Shown piece by piece: positions 1-12,549 of a stretch of 64,000 bases of DNA. This stretch comes from Gracilinanus agilis (Eukaryota). The stretch lies in contig NC_058133.1 of assembly GCF_016433145.1 (NCBI RefSeq), forward strand, positions 7,765,162-7,829,161. The letters are read 5' to 3'. The notes under the pieces are model-generated. The model made no database searches, was not told where the DNA came from, and worked only from the letters and a program-made list of their open reading frames with translations. How positions within the stretch are numbered: the first letter of the stretch is position 1; the number at the start of each line of letters is the position of its first letter. The position numbers were made by a program, and so were the translations under genes.

Positions 1-13
1 CAGCACCCTCTAG

Positions 14-213
14 CAGTGGTTCCCAAACTTTTTTGGCCTCCTGCCCCCTTTCCAGAAAAAAATATTACTTAGCCCCTGGAAATTAATTTTTAAAAAATTT
101 TAATAGCAATTAATAGGAAAGATAAATGCACCTGTGGCCATCACTGCCTCCCCCCCCCCCAGATCACTGCAGCATCCACCAGGGGGTGGTGGCGCCCACT
201 TTGGGAATCGCTG
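14..213 (+). mobile_element. Non-autonomous hAT (Charlie-type) MITE, copy 1
   Basis: Terminal inverted repeats CAGTGGTTCCCAAA...TTTGGGAATCGCTG. CTCTAG lies on both sides (8-13, 214-219), a partial TSD resembling the Charlie NTCTAGAN target. Aligns end to end with the copy at 50273-50465. Confidence 0.88.
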
Positions 214-1272
214 CTCTAGACCACACTGACCCCAGTGAAGGCAGCTTAGAATTCTGACCCTCAAAGCTTTGGAAATAGATCAGCTTCCAGTCCAGTGTCC
301 ACAGCCATCACTCTGGGAAGCAGCCCCTATGGAGATGGAAATTTCTCCTGCCAAGGATATAACCATAGCTATTGAATATCCAGAAAGAAAAGGTTCTTGC
401 TTCCAAAGTTCTTGGCCCCATCCAATGGTTTCACATAAAAAAATGACATGATTTTCTAAGTAGAATGACATTAAAGCCTTTGGTCCTAAGGAGCTTGGTA
501 CCTTTCTAATTGATGTGTATCTAAAACCTTCCCTTTGCCTTGTTTTTTTTCCCCATCAAAATGGAAACTCCTTGAAAGCAGAGACTACCTTATTTTTCTG
601 TTTGTATCCCCAGTGCCCAAAGTAGGTGCTCATTAAATGCTTCACATTTATTCATTATAGACCACTCTAGAAGTTCTCTTTTTACATATGCAGCAGGTAA
701 GTTTTAGTGTAAATTTCAGGTTTTAATAAAAGGTAGATTACCCATAATTCCAATAAGTCTAGTTTTTAATCAAAACAAAACACTGTTTTGGTTCCATTTA
801 ATAAGCAATATGTTATGGGACATTTAAAAAATATCTGCAAATACAGAGATCGGGCTAACTGTTTGGGGGATCGAATTTGAATATGGTCTTAAATAGCAAT
901 CGATATGGATGCATTAACAGAAAAATGGTAATTTTATTTATTTATTTTAAAATTCAGGCATATTGTAATCCAAGGATTATATAAGGCACCATGATGGCTG
1001 ACTGCCACACAAAGGACCTAACATCAGCCCATCTACTTTCCCTTCTCCTGGCTGGAAAGGCAAAGTAGATTCTTCAGTTTCATTCATTCACTCTGCTGAA
1101 TTTCATCAGTGACCAACTCTTAGGAAAACGAATCCAGTCCTTCCCTCAGAAGCACGTATTGAAACGATACAGAGAAAACAAATCCCATAACCTCCACCAT
1201 ACAGAGATGGTCACTTCTCCCACCGGACGAAAACGAAAATTAGAAAATCGCGCCAAGCATGTGCTCACTTAC

Positions 1273-1329
1273 TTTGGTAGAGTTTTCAAGTGATTTTCTC
1301 TTAATTCCAAGATCCGCAATTTGACAAGT
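1273..1329 (-). CDS. LRRC7: LRRC7 coding exon E (57 nt, phase 2 to 2)
   Basis: Acceptor gtgtctctttttatag|A CTT GTC AAA; donor CCA AA|gtaagt; encodes (R)LVKLRILELRENHLKTLP(K). Confidence 0.96.
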
Positions 1330-1692
1330 CTATAAAAAGAGACACAAAGTTGTTTCTTAATATAATCATACAGCCAAATGGGGCAGAAGCCAGCATCAGG
1401 GACTTCTACCCCCTTATTGCCTAGAAAGCAAGAAATGTCTAAGAAAATGGGTACCATATTTACATACATTATAAAAAGGAGTTTTGGAGAATCAACATAG
1501 TTCATTAGCCTAGTCTTGCCAGATTTAGAACCCAGAATAATATTACCTCCCTTTATAAAGGATGATGAGACCCCAAACATTTGATGACTTGTCAAGCACA
1601 CATAGGTAGTAATTTGCAAAGTGGGGAATCGAAATTCAGTTTTCTGATTCCAAATTTGGCTTACTTTTATGCTACTATTCAATTTTTTCAAT

Positions 1693-1924
1693 CATGTCTG
1701 GCTCTTGGTGGCCCCATTTGAGGTTTTCTTGGCAGAGATACTGAAATGGTCTGCTATTTTCTTTTCCAACTCATTTTACAGATGAGGAAACTGAGGCAAG
1801 AGGGGTTCAGTGACTTTCTCAGGGTCACATGGCTACTACATGCCTAAGGCCATATTTGAAGTTGGGAAGATGAGTCTTCCTGATCCTAGCTAGGCCTGGC
1901 ACTCTATCCAGTGCACCACCTAGC
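1693..1924 (-). mobile_element. MAR1-type marsupial CORE-SINE
   Basis: CORE segment ttttacagatgaggaaactgaggc, RTE-like tail segment (ggttttcttggcagagatactgaaatgg) and tRNA-like head ending gtgcaccacctagct. Confidence 0.75.
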
Positions 1925-3090
1925 TTTTTATACTCATCTGTATTTGGGACCAGAGAACTTAGGTTTAGATCCCACTCTGATACTGTGTGCCTTGGGTCCC
2001 AGGAGCTCTCCAAGCCTCAGTTTCTTCAACTGTAAAATGAATGGGTTGGACTAGGGACCTTTAAGCTTCTGTCAATCACTTCGTCTATGAACCTAAGAAA
2101 TTCCATACATTTTAGCAGCCCTATTTTCTCCCCCTTCCATTTGTAGAGATGAATATTGCTCTGTGAGGAGAGGCATCTCAAGATCATTTAAAATTGCCAA
2201 GTTTTATTTCAAATACCCACATGAAACTTCAAGGTTTTTATTAAATAGTCTCCGATATCAGATACATTATGAGTAAGGGGCCCCAGTGCACAGAGAGCTG
2301 ATTCCAGATTCAAGAATCGATGGATTCAAGTCATACCTCTGACAATTATTGGCCATGTAAAACTGGGGAAGTCGCTTCGATTTCACGTGCTCTAGGCAGC
2401 TCTCTAAGATTCCAAGTCAATGGCACATTGGGAGATTCTTGAACTCAGGAAATCCCACATCTTTCCCTTTTCTCCCTACAAGCTATTAGAAAGCAGAATC
2501 CCTGATTCCTTGTCTGGGACACTAATTCTATTCATTGATTCAATAACCTAAGCATGGACGGACCTAGGTGTGATGGGGAGGTAAAGGAGAATGAGACAGC
2601 AATCGCCCTAACGTGGCTCACCATTTAGGAGGGAAGCAAACAGATTTCTACAAATAGCTATCAAATATGGAAGACTTTGAGATCTCAGTGAAAGATCTAA
2701 AGAAGGAAAAATGACCAAATTTGTTCCAGATGCTTGCTAAACCCTGGGAGGAGGTGCTGATATTATTTCCATTTTCCAGGTGAGAAAATTGAGTCAGAGC
2801 GAGGTGGAATGACTAATGTTACATGGCTAAGAAGTGTCTGAGGGCAGATTTGAATTCAGGTCTTCCTGATTCCAGGTGACGAGAGCAAGTATTGTTTTAT
2901 TCTTTTTCTTTTTTATCTTCCCAAGTTTAGCCCAACGCCTGGCACCTACTGAGCGCTGAATAGATGCCTGTTGATGGATCATTATTGGAAAGTGAAGAAT
3001 ACAAATAAATATCAGTTTTGTCTCTATAGCACCAAATAATAGGTTCGGCTTACTCCTTCTATGAATGAAAAGACTGCTAAAACTCCATGA

Positions 3091-3275
3091 AGGGACAGCT
3101 AGTGGATTGAGCCAGGCTCGGAGACGGGAGGTCCTGGGTTTAAATCTGGCCTCAGACACTTCCCAGCTGTGTGACCCTGGGCAAGTCACTTGACCCCCAT
3201 TGCCCACCCTTACCACTCTTCTGCCTTGGAGCCAATACACAGTATTGATTCTAAGATGAAAGGTGACAGTTAAAA
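3091..3275 (+). mobile_element. SINE1_Mdo-like SINE, long-tail form
   Basis: tRNA-like head with B-box (ggaggtcctgggtttaaatc), ctgtgtgaccctgggcaagtcacttg core, tail ctgccttggagccaatacacagtattgattctaagatgaaagg. Confidence 0.9.
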
Positions 3276-4710
3276 ACAATAATTTAGTTAGGCTGACCCA
3301 GCCAGGCAGAAAGCTTTGTCCTCTGGCGATTTTAAACAAGCAGAGGCCAGATTGGGGTAGGGGAGAATTCCTGGCTACTTCTTTTTCTTTGAAAAATTTG
3401 ATTAAAAATTACTTCCATGACTGGTATTCAGATTCCACGTGTGGCCTTCCCTTTGGTCGTCCAGCCCTGATCAGTCTCTCTCTTAACGACTTCACAGCTT
3501 GGGCCAGCAGCTGGCCCCACTCTCCCAACTCTTCTTAATCCGACAATATCTTGGTCTCTGCGTGCTTTCATCCGTATCCCTTTGTATTTCTGTGCTTTAT
3601 AATCAGCATCTCTGCCCTAGTTGCTTTCCTTTCTGGGCCCCGAGTCCTTTCTTCCTCACGTCCACTTTCATTTTTTATGATAGTTTTTGGAATTCTATAT
3701 TCAGTAAAATCTTTTTCTGCCATGTCGATTGGACACCCTACCAGGAAAAGACATTCCCTAAGCATTTATGTAACCTCAGATCCTTTCCCCATTTCGAGGA
3801 TGGTCCACAGAAGGGAGACTCTTTGTTACTTTGAGGGTCTATTATGTTTGTCGGAGCTGGGACTCGCTCCCCACCAGCTCAGATGGCCACCCTCCTGATT
3901 TAGCAGATGGCCTTTGAGAGTCCCTGTGGTCGAGCCTTTCATTGTAAGTGGCTCACCTGGGATGGACCCTCTGGATTGGTCTAGGCTGGTCATTGGGCAG
4001 AAGAAGCCTTTGGGCCAGTGTCCAAAGCCTCGGTAGGATCTGGGATCCTCTAGCACAGATGTCGAGGACCAAGAGTCCCTTCCCCATGACAATGGTGCCT
4101 TGGAGGAGAACTTCACCGGAGTGAATTCTTTCAGCTCAAAGGAAAATCTCTTTCAAGATAATAACTTTGGTTCTACATGGTTTTTGGTTTAGCCTCAATA
4201 CCAGGTTATTGATTAAAAGAAAGGAGGGCATTCGGTCGGATGGGACAGGTAAGGAGACACCTTCTAGCTCAGAAATGAGTTGAGATCACACTAGATTGGT
4301 GTCTGAAGAACTAGGTTTAGTCCTGGCTGTACTGTTTAAGAGCTGCATGACCCTGGACTTGGAAAATACTGGATGGAACCAGGAAGGTCTAAGTTCAAAT
4401 CTTGCCTCAGCTACTTAGCCTTTCTGGGTCCTAATCTTCAAAAGAAGGGAGCTGGACTTGATGGCCCTGAGGGTCCCAATCCAACCTTAAATTTAGGATC
4501 TCTTGGTCCTATCAGGCGAAGGACACTGGGCTATGGCTTCCTTGAGATAGAATGAGTGTAATATTGGTATCACCAACTTCCTGATGTGGTGAACAAAGTG
4601 ATGCATAAACATAATATTCTACCAAAATGATCATTGTTCTCATGCCCATCAAAGGAGTTCAGTGCATGTGACAGTGATTTGTAACAGTAAAGCCATAGGT
4701 TCAGCATTCA

Positions 4711-4900
4711 GGGGCAGCTACATAGCTCGGTGGTATGGAGAGCCAGACCTGGAGATGGGAAATCCTGGGTTCAAATCTGGACTCAGATACTTCCTAGCTG
4801 TGTGCTCTTGGCAAGTCACCTTACTCCAATCACCTAGTGTTAGCTCTTCTGTCTTGGAACTGATACTTAGTATTGATTCTAAGGAAAGGGTTGTTTTTTT
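4711..4900 (+). mobile_element. Older SINE1_Mdo-like SINE, long-tail form
   Basis: ggggcagctacatagctcggtgg head, aatcctgggttcaaatc B-box, tail tagtattgattctaagg. Confidence 0.8.
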
Positions 4901-5544
4901 TAAGAGCATCCTAAAAGCATATAGTTCTCATTTATTGGTTTTTGTTAGGCAGTAAGGTAGCTCAGTAAATAGAGTACTGGCCTTGGATTCAGAAAGATCT
5001 GAGTTCAAATTTAAGCTCTGATACTCTCTGTGATGCTGGGCAAGTCTTTTAACCTGTCTGCCTTAGTTTTCTCACCTGTAAAATGGGGATAATAATAACA
5101 GCTACCTTTCAGAATGGTTGTAGAGATCAAATGAGATAATGTTTATAAATGACTTATATTATTTTCTTCCCTTCTCTTCTCCCCTTTCACTTGTTCCTCA
5201 CACTTAGAGGAGAAACTTCCTTCTTGTTCTACAAATTAGGAAACAGGTGCAATGACTAGAAGCACCTTCTGCATGCACATACAATAAGAATCAGAGGCAA
5301 GATTCCAGGGCCTCTTGGGGACCTCCTGACATCAAATCTAGACCCTGCTTGCCTGCACTGAGAACATGCATGAAGGCTAAGTTATTTACGAAATGTGCTT
5401 AAGAGAATAAATGTTATTCTTAATAATTATTTAATTATTCTATATTTTATAATTTAATTCATCTATAATTAATTTAAAAAAATTAAAGTAATAAAATTCA
5501 GCCTAAAATTCCTAGCTTCCCTACTATAGTTCTGTAATTTAATC

Positions 5545-6140
5545 TAATCAACCAGTCAGATTCTTACTATCTGCCAAGCACGATGCTGAGCTCTGTGGGT
5601 ACCAAGAAATGGTTCCTCTCCTCCAGGAGCTCCCATTCTAATGGAAGTGGAAACAATTGAGTAACTTAGTACCTACAAGGGAAAGGGAGGGAAGGAGCAT
5701 TTATGATGTGCCTGCTGTGTGCCAGGTGCTGTACTAAGAGCTTTACAAATAGCATCTCATTTGATCCACACAACTTTGAGATGTACCTACAGGATGTATT
5801 CAGCGTAAAGGGAAGCTGATCTCGGAGGGAAGACTCTAGCAGTGTTGGGGAAGGATTGAGAGAGGACTCCTATGGAAGACAGCATTTGAATTGAGTCCTG
5901 AAGGAAGCCAGGAGGCACAGGTGAGGGGATGAGGGGGCATCTAGATCACAGATCATGGACAAAGGAGTGGGATGTAAGAAGCCTGGAAAGGCAGGAGGAC
6001 TCCAGGTTCTGTCGTACAACTGAAAACTTTCTGTTTGATTCTAGAGGTCCCTGGGAGGTATGGAAGTTACTGAGTAGTTGGATGACACGGTCAGACTCCA
6101 ACTTTGGCATCTGTGTAGAGGCTGGATGGTGGAAGAGTCC
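5545..6140 (-). mobile_element. L2 LINE 3' fragment(s), interrupted by a MIR-like piece
   Basis: Reverse-strand L2 3'-end motifs (ctactatctgccaagcacgatgctgagc; caggagctcccattctaatgg; ttgagtcctgaagga). Confidence 0.65.
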
Positions 6141-6682
6141 AGTTTGGTTGTGCAATAGGCAGAGCACTGGAATGAGATCAGAAGATGTGAGTTTAAATCC
6201 AGCCTTAGACACTTGCTGATTTGATAATCTTCAGCGGATCGTATAACCTTGGGATCCCTCAGTTTCCTTAGTTTTATGAGCACCTTCCTCCCAGGATTGT
6301 CCTGAGGCTCAAATGAGATATCTGTAAGGCATTTTTCAAACTTTAAAGCAATGTGTAAATGCTAGTTATTATTATGTAACAGAACCTACAGTATAAATGT
6401 AATTAATCATGGGGCAGATACATTAAAATTGTGGGGAACAGGAAAGGTTTCATCAAGAAAAAAGGTGGCATTTGAGCTAAGTCCTGATGAAGGAAGGAAT
6501 CATTTGGGAAATAAAGGTGATGCTATTCCTAACTCCTGGCCAAGGAAGACAGATTAGGAAAGCTCCCCCTCTATTGGAATGGGCGTTTTCATCTTTTATC
6601 CTGACTCACCTTCCAAGAGGGACAGGCTCCTACTTGTCCAAGGTGAAGTAAAATTAAATCTCTTCAAGGCATTTGTTCTTAC

Positions 6683-6772
6683 CTTCCGAAGTTGGCTGGA
6701 AGAAACTCCAGAAAGGCATCATTCAGGTACAGCTGGGTCAGGTTGATGAGCTGTGTGAAGCCATCAGGGAGC
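6683..6772 (-). CDS. LRRC7: LRRC7 coding exon D (90 nt, phase 2 to 2); absent from the supplied ORF track in this frame
   Basis: Acceptor cctttaactcctttgtag|G CTC CCT GAT; donor GGA AG|gtaaga; encodes (K)[29 protein letters not shown](R). Confidence 0.96.
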
Positions 6773-7959
6773 CTACAAAGGAGTTAAAGGTTTGGTCATT
6801 TCATCAACATCGCCATAGAAACAGGACCAACATGTACATCTCTAAGGAGAATGAATGAGAAAGAAATGTGATAAATTTCCCAACTCTCCTTTGGTTACAC
6901 CGAGATGGTAGAATTTATCGCGCCAACAATTTTTGTCTGTTATTAAAACAAATGACAAGCCTCCTGTCCATACTGCTATCACAGGGTGAGATTTATATGC
7001 CTGCCAAATGAAGGCTGCCTTCTCCCCTTCTTGTGCCCTACTTTGGGAACCTTGGCTGAGGGACTTTTCATGAAAATGATGAGTCGATGCCACTTCCACT
7101 GACTTTGAAAGTGATGTTTCTCTTTCAGTTTAGTTCAATTTAGTTCAGTTGAGCTGAGTTCGATTCAATTCATATTTATAGAAAACCTCTATGGTAGAGT
7201 GAATGTTGTACTGGGTGCGAAAAACAAATATAAAAGTCTACTTGTTTTCCAGGCTTTTAAAGTCTCCTGGGGAAAAGGGCAGGAGAACATACACATTTTC
7301 TGGAAAGCCTATAATTAAAACCTAAAATCGTTAGTAAAGTTGCCAACCCTGGAAATGAAATAAATGACCGATATCTTCTATTCCTTCAAGTTTTTGATAT
7401 TTAAAATATTTAATATTCAAAAGTTAACATTAGAATCCTCTTTGATCTAATTTTAAAAAACAAGCAGGAAATGGTTCATGTCCTAATGAATGGAAAGCAT
7501 TAGAGACACCAAACATATATTTCTTTATAAAAAAAAAAAAAGTTAGAAAAAAATGCTCTGGAGAAACCAATGAATTGTCAAGGTGGATGACTGGAGGCTT
7601 TTTTTTTTTTTTAGTGGATTGTTATCCATTAGCAATGGTATCCTCTACATTCAAATTCTAAAAATCCTACTGACTTCTTTGAGCCAACGTTGCTCAAATT
7701 GTGAGGCAAACAAAATATGACTGGAAAATAAAGATGTTAAATGACCTGTCCAAGTGTCACTGAGTAAGTCTTAATCATTAGGGGGAGATTTATGTAAGAC
7801 ATTACAAAGAACTCTTGAGATGATACAGTGGAGAGAATGCTAAACTGGAATCAGGGAGATCTGATTTCAAATTCTTGCCATTGTCACTTGCCAGTTGGTC
7901 ATTTATACTACCACTTCTCAGAAGTTCGGTTTTCTTCTCAATAAAAAAGGGCTGATAAT

Positions 7960-8157
7960 GGGCAGCTGGGTAGCTCAGTGGAGTGAGAGTCAGGCCTAGA
8001 GACAGGAGGTCCTGGGTTCAAATCCGGCCTCAGCCACTTCCCAGCTGGGTGACCCTGGGCAAGTCACTTGACCCCCATTGCCCACCCTTACCACTCTTCC
8101 ACCTATGAGACAATACACCGAAGTACAAGGGTTAAAAAAAAAAAAAAAAAAAAAAAA
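7960..8157 (+). mobile_element. Young short-tail SINE1_Mdo-like SINE inserted into a MIR
   Basis: Intact head gggcagctgggtagctcagtgg, uninterrupted A24 tail (8134-8157), 17-bp TSD AAAAAAGGGCTGATAAT (7943-7959, 8152-8168). Confidence 0.95.
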
Positions 8158-8639
8158 GGGCTGATAATACCTGTAGCATCTACTGGGCAGAGTTTTTGCA
8201 AAAATCACAGGAGATTACTAAGAGGTTTAAAAGCTTGAAAACCCCATATTAATGTTATTCTAAATTAAAGAAATTGTCTTTGCCAATAAAAGGATAAGGT
8301 TTATTTTATTTTATTTTTTGCCAACAGGCTCCTTCACTTATCTATTTTTTGAGAGACTTAGCTCGTACACTCCACTCACATATGTAATATTAAAAAATAA
8401 ATTTAAACATTTCACATAGAATTCTTCCTTCTCTTCCTCTCACTACTTTCCAACTTTCATTAAGAAAACAAGAAAAACAAAATCCCGTTTTAAACATGTA
8501 CAGTCAAGTAAAATAAATTTATTTATTGACTATGTCCAAAACTATGTCTCCATTTGCATTCTGTGATCCATTGTCTCTCTATCAGGTATAGTTTCCTCAT
8601 CAGACTTCTGGAATTATTTAGGATACTTATTTCTTATTT

Positions 8640-10830
8640 TTTGACCAAAAAAGCTTACATGATAATATAATTGATTGTTTTTTAAACGTGTTAGAATTGA
8701 CTTATAAATCCTTCTGGTCAAGAGGGTTTCTTCCCCACCTTTGATATTTCATTTATAACTTGTTCAATTTTTTAAACAGTATTATTTTAATTCTCTAATT
8801 TTAGTTTATTTTTGATATTTTATATTTTTATAAATATTCATCCACTTTTTTAGATTGTAAGATTGTTGTAAATCATTTATTTCTCTTTTATCAATTGTAA
8901 TTCACCTTTTAAATTTTTTAAAAAATATTTTATTTTTTAGAAAAATTTCCCATGGTTCCATGATTCATGTTTTTACTTTCCCCTTTGTCCCCCCTTCACT
9001 CCGCCCCCCCATAGCCGACGCACATTTCCACTGGTTTTAACGTGTCATCAATCAACGCTCATTTCCATATTATTGATAGTTGCATTGGTGTGGTCATTTT
9101 GAGTCTACATCCCCAATCATGTCCGCATCAACCCATGTGTTCAAGCAGTTGTTTTCCTTCTGTGTTTCCTCTCCTGTAGTTCTTCCTCTGAATGTGGAGA
9201 GCATTCTTTTCCATAAATCCCTCAGAATTACATTCAATTTTACCACAGTTTATCAGTCTCTGTGTACAATGTTCTCCTGGTTCTGCTCCTTTCATCAGTT
9301 CCTGGAGGTCTTTCCAGTTCACATGGAATTCCTTTGAGCACAATAGTATTCCATCACCAGCAGATACCACAGTTTGTTCAGCCATTCCCCAATAGAAGGA
9401 CACACCCTCGTTTTTCCAGTTTTTTGCCACCACAAAAAGTGAGGCTATAAATATTTTCATACAAGTCTTTTTCCTTATTATCTCTGTGGGGTAAAACCCA
9501 GCAATGGTATGGCTGGATCAAAGGGCAGGCATTTTTTATAGCCCTTTGGGCTTAGTTCCAAATTGCCAGGCAGAATGATTGGATCAGTTCACAACTCCAC
9601 CAGCAATGTCCTAGTTTTGCCACATCCCCTCCAACATTTATTACTCTCCCCTTCTTTCATTTTAGCCAATCTGCTAGGTGTGAGGTGGTAAGTCAGAGTT
9701 GTTTTGATTTGCATTTCTCTAATTATTAGAGATTTAGAACACTTTCTCATGTGCTTCTTGATACTTTTGATTTCTTTATCTGAAAATTGCCTATTCATGT
9801 CCCTTACCCATTTATCAATTGGGGAATGGCTTGATTTTTTATACAACTGATTTAGTTCCTTGTATATTTGAGTGATTAGACCTTTGGCAGAGTTTTTTGT
9901 TATAAAGATTTTTTTCACAGTTTGTTGCTTCCCTTTTGATTTTGGTTGCACTGTTTTTGTTTGTACAAAACCTTTTTAATTTAATATAATAAAAATCATT
10001 TATTTTACATTTTGTAATTTTTTCTAACTCTTGTTTGGTTTTAAAATCTTTCCTTTCCCAGAGATCTGATAAGTATACTATTCTGTGTTCTCCTAATTTT
10101 CTTATAGTTTCCTTCTTTATATTCAAGTCATTCACCCATTCTGAATTTATCTTGGTGTAGGGTGTGAGATGTTGATCTAAACCTAATCTCTCCCATATTG
10201 TTTCCCAATTTTCCCAACAATGTTTGTCAAATAGTGGATTTTTGTCCGAAAAGTTGGGCTCTTTTAGTTTATCATACACTGTCTTGCTGACATCATTTAC
10301 CCAAGTCTATTCCACTGATTCTCCCTTCTGTCTCTTAGCTATTATCATATTGTTTTGATGATCGCTGTGTTATAGTATAGTTTAATATCTGGTACTGGTA
10401 GGCCACCTTCCTTCACATTTTTTTTTTCATTATTTCCCTTGATATTCTTGATCTTTTTTTCTTCCAAATGAACTTTGTTATAGTTTTTTCTAATTCAGTG
10501 AAAAAGTTTCACCTTTTAATTTTTGATACTAGTAATTTGGTTTTCTTCTTTTTTAAAGCCAAATTAGGTAGTAGCCCACATATTAATTTTTAAAAAAGCA
10601 GCTGCTACTCATTTTAGTTATAAATTCATTTTTTGCTGATTTTAAGTATTCATTTTGATGTTTAATTGGTGGTTTTCAATTTATCAGTTTTTTTAGTTGA
10701 TTTAGTTATATTGATTTTTTGCTCTTTACTTTCTCTTTTTTACTGATCAAAGTGTTTAGAGATATAAATTATCCCCTAAATAATGCTTTAGTTCCATTCT
10801 CAATTTTTTAGTATTTTCCTTTACTTTCAT
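8640..10830 (-). mobile_element. Older degenerate L1 ORF2 fragment hosting the younger L1
   Basis: Removing 8911-10517 leaves tgtaattcaccttttaatttttgatactagtaatttggttttcttc, which reads as continuous antisense L1 ORF2. Outer boundaries approximate. Confidence 0.65.
8911..10507 (-). mobile_element. 5'-truncated younger L1 (L1_Mdo-like): ORF2 C-terminal part plus 3' UTR
   Basis: Frameshifted ORF2 peptides in the ORF track (LFDKHCWENW...LTPYTKINSEW, REMQIKTTLTYHLTP, KIFIASLFVVAKNWK); TSD TTCACCTTTT(AA) at 8901 and 10508. Confidence 0.93.
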
Positions 10831-11334
10831 CTTTTCTAAGATTCCCTATATCCTATTATTATTACTTTTACTTTTCTTTGTTCATTTTTTCCTCTTTAAT
10901 TTTATTCTTTATATTTTATATAGCATATATTTTATTTCTTGGTATTTCCAATATCATAGATCCACATTTTATTGAAAGGCTTCTTTTATTGTTAATTCAG
11001 TGTCCCAAATTCTAACATTTGATATCATGAATAAAACTATATATATATTTTTAAAATCCAGATTGAGTAAGAATAACTGGATAGAAAAAAAAGATAAAGT
11101 TTTTCCTACTGTTATAGGTGGACACAGAAGTGGAATTAATTAGATTTTTAAAAAAATACACCCATGTCCAAAATTGCTTAAAACTTATTTAATATATAGT
11201 ATTGCTTTTTTAATTCACATTAAGCTCCTAGTCTCCAATGCCATATCCTCTTTTCAATTGTTTTGGTGCAGTTTCTTTCTTTTTTCAGTTTCTTCTTGTG
11301 TCCCTTAAGGATCTTCCAGGGTCTATGGTGTGTT

Positions 11335-11850
11335 TGGGAGGTACTAGCACTTCTGGTCTGAGGGCTTGCTTAGGTCTTCTCAGGATTGCTTTCTTCCTCT
11401 GGTGTCTACCTTGTACTCCCCTCACATCTGTGGTTCCAAGAAGCTGTAGCATGTGCAGTAGCCACCTTTCCATATAGATAGGCTAAACCATGTTGAGGGT
11501 AATCAACAGGTCTCAAACCCAATGGTCAGCTGGAGAGATGTCTACACCAGTTATGTGAAGATATCCCCTACTGGAATAGGCAGATGAGAACAATTTGTTT
11601 CAAGAGCCATGAAGGCAGTGGAAGCATCTCTTAGAGCTTGGTTAGACATTGAAGATGATACAGTCTTCCTCTGGATCCCATGCCATCACCAATCATTTGG
11701 AATTTTGTCTTGCCAATGGACTTGGATGACTGGAAGAGAGATGAGACTGACAACTTAATGCAACTCTCCCTTGCTTCAATCCAATTCATATACAAGTTAA
11801 GACATGATACCTTCAGTTCTCTTTGAAAACAAATGACTAATAACAACAAA
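11335..11850 (+). mobile_element. RTE-related marsupial SINE (WALLSI-type)
   Basis: Family-typical motifs gtggttccaagaagctgtagcatg, gatgagaacaatttgtt, ttttgtcttgccaatggact and an (AAC)n-type tail taacaacaa. Subfamily name not verified. Confidence 0.7.
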
Positions 11851-12549
11851 AAGGCTCCTTCAGGGTCACAATTTTTCTGTTCAATCATCACTTTCCAGTT
11901 TTGATTTCTTGCCTCGGAATTGTATTTTTCCTTCAATAAGTAGGCCCAGGCAGCTTTTTCACCTTTTCTTTTCCCTATACATTTATTACTTTTTGACTCC
12001 AACTTAGTTAGGGGCTCCTATTGAGTCTCGGTTATTTTTTTCAGTTTCCTTTTCAGTCTCTCCCCCTAATACTCTTCATGTTACATTGTTGTTTCTTAAT
12101 TTTAAGTTTCCATTACTTGTCTTGGCCTAATCCAGTGCTTCTTTGTTCTTTTCTAGGAATAGGATCATTCCCTCTTTTGCTTCTCTGATGAAGTCTATCC
12201 ATTTTATTTCTTAATGATAAAAGAAAATTGTGTGATGATCTTCTTTACAAGTTTGATCATCTAACTCACTTGAAATTTCAGCAAACATCAAATCTTTTCC
12301 TCTTGAGATTAAAATTTAACATGCTCTGTCTGCTTCTGTTTTTCTCCTTGCTTGCACTTAGTTCTTGTTTTAGCTTCTTCATTTGCTTTCTTTTATCATT
12401 CTTTTTTTTGTGAAATAATCTTCCTTTTGGGTATTAGCAGCTCTGTGTCTTTGTATATTTATACAGGGCTTTCTGGAAACTTCTCAGCAGATTCAACACT
12501 CTCAAACATAGCAAATATTGATGCCTTAAGTGATTTATGTACCTAAGAT

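Noticed and set aside
3499-3898. Two overlapping hydrophobic ORFs (111 and 115 aa) resembling small membrane proteins
   Set aside because: Non-ATG starts, T-rich composition explains the hydrophobicity, no recognisable family, and antisense within an intron.
5071-5085. YAG|GTGAG juxtapositions on the sense strand (here and near 55360) resembling recursive splice sites
   Set aside because: They are part of the common MIR core, and the introns are not long enough to suggest recursive splicing.
7960-8040. tRNA-like A/B boxes
   Set aside because: They are SINE heads, with no cloverleaf or acceptor stem. No tRNA, snRNA or rRNA gene was recognised anywhere in the window.
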